Below are positions 57,821 to 64,000 of a stretch of DNA of 64,000 nucleotides, piece after piece. Source of the stretch: Planctomycetota bacterium. GTDB taxonomy: Bacteria > Planctomycetota > Planctomycetia > JALXBF01. Numbering within the stretch: the first letter of the stretch is position 1; every line of letters begins with the position of its first letter. The translations under genes were made by a program, and so were the position numbers. The stretch is taken from positions 4,198-68,197 of the forward strand of contig JALSID010000115.1 in assembly GCA_026981825.1 (NCBI GenBank), in the 5' to 3' direction. The notes below the pieces were generated by a model. That model had not been told where the DNA came from. It saw only the letters and a program-made list of their open reading frames with translations, and searched no databases.

Positions 57821-60800
57821 TTACTGACCACCAGCAGTCTGGGCCGCAGAATCGCCCAGCAAACGAACCTTGAGGTTACGTATTCGCACCGCAAATCCGT
57901 CGTCGCTCCTGATCTCGAATCCGACGGCGCCGCGCAACCGAGCCGCGGGATCGTCATGCTCACGCAGCACTTTCCCATCCCGGTACAGCGTTAGCCGCGA
58001 ACCCTGAGCAACGAGCCGCACGGCCCCGGACCTCGCCCCCGTCAGCCCGGCGGATGGCAGGAGAATGCCGCGCCCCCCACGCTCCAGGACCGCTCCAGAG
58101 CGCGGCCCTGTCAGAGGAATCTGGTAGCCAACGAGTTTGCCGTCGGTTCCAAACCCACACCGGAACAGAACCGAGAACTCTCCCGCTCCATCGACCTCAT
58201 AATCGAAGGAAAGCTCGAAATCCTCAAACTCGAATTCCGAAAGGATGACCGTACTGCCCCCGTTGAGCCGCCCCTCCAGCGTTCCGTTCTCGGCGCGCCA
58301 GGTCGGGCCGGTCACGAGCCAGTAGGTAAGATCGGTTCCCGAGAAGAACAGCGAGATGTTGCCCGGTCGGGCGAGGATCGGGGTCTGCCGGGGACTGGCG
58401 AGATACGCGAAGAGGGAACGCACCTCATGGGGCGTGAGTTGTTCCAGCAGGTTGTCGGGCATCATCGACTGCTCCGATTGCCGCATCGCCTCGATCTCGT
58501 CCCTGGCCAACGTCAGTTGCTCGTCGGCAGTCTGGACCACCAGGTACCGGTCCGTTTGCTGACGTACGATACCGGTAATGACTCGACCGTCGGCGGTCGC
58601 AATGATGTGCGGGATGTAGTCATTGGCCATGACCGCAGAGGGGTCGAGCACGTTGGAAAGAGCGTAGTCGAGGTCGGCCCGGTTGGAACCGGTCAAATCT
58701 GGCCCCACGTGCCCGCCCTTACCGAACAACGTGTGACATTGGGCACAGATCTTTTGGAACACAGCGCGTCCCAGGGCCACATCTGGGGCGGGAAGGTCGG
58801 TCCTTTCGATCAGCTTGCGGTAGCGTTCGATCAGCGCCTGCTTCTCTGCGTCGCTTCGCCGCACATGCCCCCAAACTTTTTCGATGCGTTTTCGAAGGTT
58901 GTCGTCGGACACATTGACAAGCTGCCGAATGAGATCAGCAGTGAGGTCGGTTCGGGGCACCGTTCCATGAGCCACCGCGTCGAGCAACTTCGCCGCCCAC
59001 TCGCGTCTGGTACTGAGCACCGCCAGTGTCGCTCGCTTTTCGAGGGGGCGAAGCTTGGGATAGCGATCCAGTAGGATCTTCGGCAAGACGGGATCCGCCA
59101 CGGCAGCGGCCCCCCGAATCGCCCGGCTCGTCAGAGCTTCGCTGTCCCGACCATCGGTCAGGACGCGCACGATCTCGACCAGAGCCGGATCGTGCACCTG
59201 GATGAGCGCATCGAGGGCTCGCATTCGGCTCGGTTGAGGGGCTGAACGATCCAGGACGACGTCACGCAGGGAACGCAAGGCCGCTTTATCGCCAAAGCGA
59301 ACGCTTAAGCCGACCACCGCATCACGCACCCGGGCATCGGGGCTGCGCATCAGCCGAACCGCAACCTGGGCCCATCCTGCCGGCGGAGCGATTTTCCTTT
59401 TCCCTTTCAACGCCGTTTCGAAGGCCGCCAGGATCTCGAGTTGTTCTTCCACCGACTTCGAACTGCCCAATGTGTTCGTGAGCAGCTCCAGAGCCTCAGC
59501 CGTACCCAGATCGCCAACCCGACGGAACGTGAAGCGTCGCACCAACCGAATGGCGCCTTTCCGCGCCACCTGGATCGCCCGGGGGGGATCGGACGCCACC
59601 AGGGGTTCAAAAGCGTACCAGTACATGTACGGCAGGTTGTGATCGGTGTTGTCCTCCGCATGAGCCAGCAGCCTTCGCAGAACTTCCCACCGCTGCGACA
59701 GGTCGGTCCGCTGCATGGCGGAGGCCAGGTAGAGCCGCACAATGGGTGAGGGGTCATGGGCAGCAAGATCGGGCAGCCGCTGGACCAGCTCCGAAGGGGG
59801 GGAATCCTCAAAACCGAGCTGAATGGCCCAGGCGCGGACGTACTCGTTCTTGTCTTCCAACATGCGGGTGAGGTCGCTAGGACGGAGCGCGTTGCAGACG
59901 TGCAGGGCCCACGCCGCACGCAGCCGGTGCCGTGGATCCGGAGCCGTCGCCAGGCTCTTCCGCAACAGCTCGATCGCGTCGGCGCTCACCCCGCCGGAGG
60001 CTGCCCGCTCCTGAAGGAGCCGCCTGGCCACGCGCACGTACCAGTCGTTCGGATGATGTTGCAGCCTGGCAAGCTCAACATCGCTCAGTCTGGCCAGGTC
60101 CAGCTTGCCCGACCGATACTGCTGCAGCAACCGCGCGTACAAGGAATCGGTTGGACGGGCCTGCCGATCTTGACCGCTGTCCCGATACACGATCTTGTAC
60201 ACCCGCCCGTTCGATCGGTCGTGCACTCGGGGGTCGGTCCGGTGGCACTGGTTACGGTCGTACCAGTCGATGACAAAGACCTGTCCGTCTGGTCCGTACC
60301 GCAGGTAGAGCATTTGCGACCAGTAATCGCCCGTGATCAGGAAATCCGGCCCGTGATGGCCGACGAACCCGGAGCCGCGGCGTTCGAGGATGTCCATATT
60401 GGTTCGTGCTCCGTGGATGTTGTTCATGAACAGCTTGCCGCGGTACTGCGCGGGCCAGGCGTCGCCCAGGTAGACCATGGCGCCGGCATGAGCGTGGCCA
60501 CCCCCGGCTGCTACAGTGTCTGCCGGAGTGATCGGGGTGTGGCCCCAGTGAGCGTGTTCCTGTATGGCCCCCTTGTAGTGGAGATGGTCGGCGATGGTCT
60601 TGATGTCGTCGTAGACGTAGGGATTGAAATGCTGCCCCGCCTGTCTCTGGTACCTGCCCCCTTGGATTACATGGTACAAGTGGGGGATCACGCATGCGGT
60701 GATGAATGCCTGGCCGAAGTCGTCGAAGTCCACACCCCAGGGGTTACTCGTCCCGTAGGCAAACACTTCGAAACGCTTCTTGACCGGATGGTACCGCCAG

Positions 60801-61915
60801 ACGCCCGCATTAATCCGCACACGCTGCTCATCCGGTGTGCCCGGTTTTCCCACCCGCGAATGGGTGAAGACGCCGTGACATCCGTACAGCCAACCGTCCG
60901 GGCCCCAAATGAACGAGTTCAGTGTCTCGTGTGTGTCCTGATAGCCCCAGCCGTCCAAGACAACCTCCGGTGGCCCATCCGGACGGTCGTCTCGGTCTCG
61001 ATCGGGGATGAACAACAGATAGGGTGCGGCGCCCACCCATACCCCACCGAAGCCGACCTCGATACCGCTAACCAGGTTGAGCCCGGTGCAGAAGATTTTG
61101 CGGCGGTCCATCCTCCCATCGCCGTCCGTGTCCTCGAAAATCAGGATCCGGTCCTTCCCCTTACCCTCCGGCTGGCGAACGGGGTAGGTGTACGCCTCCA
61201 CCACCCACAGGCGGCCGCGTTCGTCGATGGTCATGGCGATCGGTTGGCGCACATCCGGTTCGGCGGCAAAGACGCGCACCTCGAACCCAGGGGGAAGCTG
61301 CATGACCCGGGCTGCCTCTTCTGCTTTCAGGCCCTGGTACGGGAACGGGTTGTCGGCACGGGCTTGGATTTTTGGGGGGGCATCGTGGAGACGGAAGTCA
61401 TCGAAGTTGATGTGGCCCCAATGGCCCGAGTGTTGATCGATTACGCGGACAAACGCCACTTTGCCCAGGTGCTTGCGCAGATCGACGACAACCCGGCGCA
61501 TGTCCTCGCGGTCCTGACCGGACGCCTGGAACAAGACCGTTCCATCAGCGAGAACCACTTCCACGCGGGTCTCCTTGTGATGGCCGCCCCCCACCAGAAA
61601 GCTCGCCCAGGGTTTCGTAATCCGAAACGGGCTGGAGACGAGTACGCCAGTGGGGGCGTCACCCCCCACCTCGTACGTCCCGATCCAGTACTGGCCCTGA
61701 TGTCTGCTGTGCATATCCTGCCGCCTACGGTGGACGGTGTCCCCCCGAACAGGCTGACCACGAAACGCTTCTCCTTCGGCGCGCCAGTCACGAAGGTCAC
61801 CGGTCTCGAAATCCAGGTTCAGTGGCCGACCGTCCAGACCGACCGGCAGATCACCATCGGAACCGGACCGAGCGGCCAGACCGGCGAGAAGAAGAGCAGC
61901 TACCAGGCGGAGCAT
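57821..61915 (-). CDS. 1364-aa secreted multidomain protein (paralog of 33954..38204). Domains: N-terminal ConA-like/DUF1080-like jelly roll, glucose/sorbosone-dehydrogenase-like beta-propeller, HEAT repeats, c-type heme CxxCH domain, C-terminal DUF1080 (3-keto-disaccharide-hydrolase-like) domain
   Basis: Start MLRLVAALLLAGLAARSG (ATG 61913-61915; the listed ORF begins 36 codons earlier with no signal peptide). Heme motif CAQCHTLFGKGGHVGPDLTG...LMPDNLLEQLTPHEVRSLFAYL is collinear with CAKCHRFEEIGEAVGPDLTG...LMPEGFEQQLKPEQIVDLLAFL in the other copy. Propeller blocks (FEDTDGDGRMD, PDRDRDDRPD) and HEAT repeats are present. C-terminus WRAENGTLEG...DFELSFDYEV...VLFR is DUF1080-like. Confidence 0.8.
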   Translation of the reverse strand: MLRLVAALLLAGLAARSGSDGDLPVGLDGRPLNLDFETGDLRDWRAEGEAFRGQPVRGDTVHRRRQDMHSRHQGQYWIGTYEVGGDAPTGVLVSSPFRITKPWASFLVGGGHHKETRVEVVLADGTVLFQASGQDREDMRRVVVDLRKHLGKVAFVRVIDQHSGHWGHINFDDFRLHDAPPKIQARADNPFPYQGLKAEEAARVMQLPPGFEVRVFAAEPDVRQPIAMTIDERGRLWVVEAYTYPVRQPEGKGKDRILIFEDTDGDGRMDRRKIFCTGLNLVSGIEVGFGGVWVGAAPYLLFIPDRDRDDRPDGPPEVVLDGWGYQDTHETLNSFIWGPDGWLYGCHGVFTHSRVGKPGTPDEQRVRINAGVWRYHPVKKRFEVFAYGTSNPWGVDFDDFGQAFITACVIPHLYHVIQGGRYQRQAGQHFNPYVYDDIKTIADHLHYKGAIQEHAHWGHTPITPADTVAAGGGHAHAGAMVYLGDAWPAQYRGKLFMNNIHGARTNMDILERRGSGFVGHHGPDFLITGDYWSQMLYLRYGPDGQVFVIDWYDRNQCHRTDPRVHDRSNGRVYKIVYRDSGQDRQARPTDSLYARLLQQYRSGKLDLARLSDVELARLQHHPNDWYVRVARRLLQERAASGGVSADAIELLRKSLATAPDPRHRLRAAWALHVCNALRPSDLTRMLEDKNEYVRAWAIQLGFEDSPPSELVQRLPDLAAHDPSPIVRLYLASAMQRTDLSQRWEVLRRLLAHAEDNTDHNLPYMYWYAFEPLVASDPPRAIQVARKGAIRLVRRFTFRRVGDLGTAEALELLTNTLGSSKSVEEQLEILAAFETALKGKRKIAPPAGWAQVAVRLMRSPDARVRDAVVGLSVRFGDKAALRSLRDVVLDRSAPQPSRMRALDALIQVHDPALVEIVRVLTDGRDSEALTSRAIRGAAAVADPVLPKILLDRYPKLRPLEKRATLAVLSTRREWAAKLLDAVAHGTVPRTDLTADLIRQLVNVSDDNLRKRIEKVWGHVRRSDAEKQALIERYRKLIERTDLPAPDVALGRAVFQKICAQCHTLFGKGGHVGPDLTGSNRADLDYALSNVLDPSAVMANDYIPHIIATADGRVITGIVRQQTDRYLVVQTADEQLTLARDEIEAMRQSEQSMMPDNLLEQLTPHEVRSLFAYLASPRQTPILARPGNISLFFSGTDLTYWLVTGPTWRAENGTLEGRLNGGSTVILSEFEFEDFELSFDYEVDGAGEFSVLFRCGFGTDGKLVGYQIPLTGPRSGAVLERGGRGILLPSAGLTGARSGAVRLVAQGSRLTLYRDGKVLREHDDPAARLRGAVGFEIRSDDGFAVRIRNLKVRLLGDSAAQTAGGQ

Positions 61916-62318
61916 CGACTTACCCCCGCATGCGTTGTTCGCGAAACACAGGATGTTCGAACTTAATTCTAAACTCGGCTCGGGGCTGTGCCCCCGAATA
62001 ACCTGCAAGACCCCTGGCATCACGACGCTTCCTTACAGCTCCATGCCGATCGGCTCACGCGGTACGGTCAGCGCCGCCGGCCGGTGACATGTTTGCCCGC
62101 ACCGCGGAGCCCGGTGCACATCGAGGCGTGCCACCCTTTGGGTTGGCGGGCCCCCCATGCCCAGACGTCTGGCCTGAGCTGGTTCGTGTTGGAACCACAT
62201 ATCTTCCGTGCCCGCGCCCGGCACTTCCTCTCCCACCAAGAGGCGTCACTGAAGAGATGCCGGTCGGTGCACGATTAGGTATCCTTTGAATCGGACCCAC
62301 CCGCCGGAGGAGAAGGAG

Positions 62319-64000
62319 ATGGTACGCACCGTGCGATTCACGCAAGCGCTCGCGGTCCTGACTGCCCTGGGCATGCTGTTCGCCAGTGTGCTGCTTGGAA
62401 CAGTCCGCGGGACGTCACATCAACAGCGGAAGAAGACAGCTCATGTGCCGTCCGACGAGCTCCTTGCGGCTCCGCTGACCAGGCAGGTGCGTCGTGCGAA
62501 CGCGCCGGTGTCGGAGTATGTGCAGGACATGATCGAGCGTGCTGAAGCAGGAGGGGCATCGGTCCTTTCCGTGGGCGATTCGTATGACGACTTCGCATCG
62601 GTAGCGGTGACCTCGGATGGCGCGGTCTACGTAGCGTACGCGTCCTACTACAACGGGCACGACCAGATCCGGCTGCATCGTTTGCTCGAGAACGGTACCT
62701 GGTCCACGCACACGTACGTTCCCCTTGCCACCCCACGCCCGGACATCTGGATGCCACAGATAGCCGCGGACAGTCGTGGCCGCCTTTGGGTGATTTGGTC
62801 TGAGCAAGTGGGTATCGGATCGGGCAACTTTGAGTTGTTTGCCCGCTCGTTCGACGGCACCCAGTGGGGGCCGCTCGTGCAACTCAGCGACAATCCCGGC
62901 CCGGACATCAACCCCCATGTTCACGTGGCACCCGACCGCACCATCCATGTGGTTTGGCAAGCTCATCCGCACCAAAATGGAGACATCTACTACACGGTCT
63001 TCGACGGTCACGAGTGGGCTCCGCCGCGGGCCATCACCTCCGATGCCGCCAGCGACTGGTATCCCCATGTTGCAGTGGACCGGGCAGGGATTCCCTGGGT
63101 GGTTTTCGATAGCTACCGCAATGGGGACTACGACGTGTTCTTGACCGCTGCCGGCGGCGAGTATGCGGGCAAGCTGATCCCGATCGCAACGTCCGGCTAC
63201 TACGAGGCGCACGCCAGTCTGGCCATTGGCTCGGATGGACGGATCTGGATCGCTTGGGAGCAAGGCGGCTGGAACTGGGGTAAGGATCAGGGTTACTGGC
63301 TGCGTCGCGAGAACCGCAACGTGGGCTCTCCGCTGGGCAGCACACGACGGGTCGTCGTGGCAGCGTGGAAGGGGGGCACACTGCAGGCTGCGCCATCGGT
63401 GAGCAGCAGCCTCTCCGGCGGTGGGGCCCGTCACAACACCGCTTTGCCTGAACTTGCGTCGGACCGGCATGGTCGCATCTGGCTTCGGTTCCGCCGCCAG
63501 GTCCGGCGCCCGGTGGCCAATCGAGCGCGTCGGCTGTGGATCGAGCAGATCACTTACTTGACCCCCAACGGCTGGGCGCCCGCGGTGGCGTTGCCGGCAA
63601 GCGCCGGACGGATCAGCGTGTTTTCGCGGCTTGCACCGGCGTCCGATGGGGGCCTGTGGGTGGCTTACTCTGCCGATGGCCGCGCGCTGCCAAACCCGCA
63701 CCGTCCACTCCATGACCTTGCGCTGGTGAAGAAAATCACCCCGCCCGATACTCCGCCTGCCGTTCCCAGTGAGCTTCCTCCGTACGATCCGCCGGTGCCC
63801 CCCGAGCAAGCGCGGCAGTGGGATCGGGAACGCGAGGCGAAGCAGGTGGCGGCGATACGCAAGCACCGCGCCAGGATCGGCGCTCACGAGGCACGCATCT
63901 TCCGGGGCGATTTACACCGGCACACGGAACTGAGCTGGGACGTTGGCCCGGGCAACGACGGTTCCTTCCTCGACTTCTACCGGTACATGATCGACGTTGC
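62319..64000 (+). CDS. DUF3604-like protein, second paralog (BNR-like repeats plus start of PHP-like domain), partial; continues past window end
   Basis: GGAGG precedes the ATG at 62319 by 7 nt. MVRTVRFTQALAVLTALGMLFASVLLG is a signal/TM N-terminus. The frame stays open to 64000. It is collinear with 41345..44350: DSRGRLWVIW vs DRTGRIWLVA; FDSYRNGDYDVFL vs WDSYDQGNYDVFA; GRIWIAWEQGGWNWGKDQGYWL vs GRLWIAFDRGGKHWGKDTGYWL; ends IFRGDLHRHTELSWDVGPGNDGSFLDFYRYMID vs ILRGDMHRHTENSQDGGNEGSLIDVYRYALD. It is absent from the ORF track because it is unterminated. Confidence 0.7.
   Translation, partial: MVRTVRFTQALAVLTALGMLFASVLLGTVRGTSHQQRKKTAHVPSDELLAAPLTRQVRRANAPVSEYVQDMIERAEAGGASVLSVGDSYDDFASVAVTSDGAVYVAYASYYNGHDQIRLHRLLENGTWSTHTYVPLATPRPDIWMPQIAADSRGRLWVIWSEQVGIGSGNFELFARSFDGTQWGPLVQLSDNPGPDINPHVHVAPDRTIHVVWQAHPHQNGDIYYTVFDGHEWAPPRAITSDAASDWYPHVAVDRAGIPWVVFDSYRNGDYDVFLTAAGGEYAGKLIPIATSGYYEAHASLAIGSDGRIWIAWEQGGWNWGKDQGYWLRRENRNVGSPLGSTRRVVVAAWKGGTLQAAPSVSSSLSGGGARHNTALPELASDRHGRIWLRFRRQVRRPVANRARRLWIEQITYLTPNGWAPAVALPASAGRISVFSRLAPASDGGLWVAYSADGRALPNPHRPLHDLALVKKITPPDTPPAVPSELPPYDPPVPPEQARQWDREREAKQVAAIRKHRARIGAHEARIFRGDLHRHTELSWDVGPGNDGSFLDFYRYMIDV

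Noticed and set aside
59756-61966. 736-aa plus ORF (also 34413..35603 minus, 47156..48763 plus, 49420..50241 minus)
   Set aside because: Each is the opposite strand of a gene with clear motif support (PVC heme proteins, NtrC, sulfatase). Long antisense ORFs are expected at this GC content.
62415-63887. 490-aa minus-strand ORF
   Set aside because: Antisense to the well-supported DUF3604-like paralog (62319..64000, plus strand, with RBS and signal peptide). The composition is R/P/G-rich and low-complexity.
1-64000. Search for IS elements, integrases, CRISPR arrays, rRNA
   Set aside because: I saw no transposase/integrase-like ORFs, no terminal inverted repeats bounding a segment and no repeat-spacer arrays. 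The only RNA gene I found is tRNA-Pro(GGG).

Overview
This is a high-GC (about 65-70%) 64-kb window with features typical of Planctomycetota/PVC genomes. Those features are a LEPR-XLL N-terminal motif, giant multi-domain 'membrane-bound dehydrogenase / HEAT / CxxCH' proteins, DUF1080 and DUF3604-like proteins, and a sulfatase. The largest feature is a giant gene (at least 5,450 codons) on the minus strand covering positions 1..16357 and running off the left edge. It is missing from the ORF track because it has no stop inside the window. My manual translation shows a LEPR-XLL motif, a GHSSG lipase-type alpha/beta-hydrolase domain, extensive RTX (GGxGxD) calcium-binding repeats, a LamG/ConA-like domain and FG-GAP-like repeats. 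A 2.2-kb GC-rich non-coding stretch follows, containing tRNA-Pro(GGG) on the minus strand and two sets of direct repeats. Next come two tandem paralogous membrane vWA proteins, then a convergent operon (di-heme cytochrome c peroxidase fused to a beta-propeller, plus a secreted coiled-coil protein). Then follow a zinc-ribbon/DUF4177 protein, a Ser/Thr kinase, an FAD-dependent oxidoreductase, zwf, a 1416-aa PVC-type heme/dehydrogenase protein, an FG-GAP protein and a ParB/Srx-like protein. Further along are a 1001-aa DUF3604-like (BNR-like plus PHP-like) protein, two membrane proteins, an NtrC-family sigma-54 activator, an arylsulfatase and a small secreted protein built of six 18-aa tandem repeats. 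The window ends with kdsD-kdsC followed by a 1001-aa LptC/LptA-like protein, an esterase homolog lacking its nucleophilic Ser, a second 1364-aa PVC-type heme protein (paralog of the first) and a second DUF3604-like paralog that runs off the right edge and is also missing from the track. I found no CRISPR array, IS element or rRNA.
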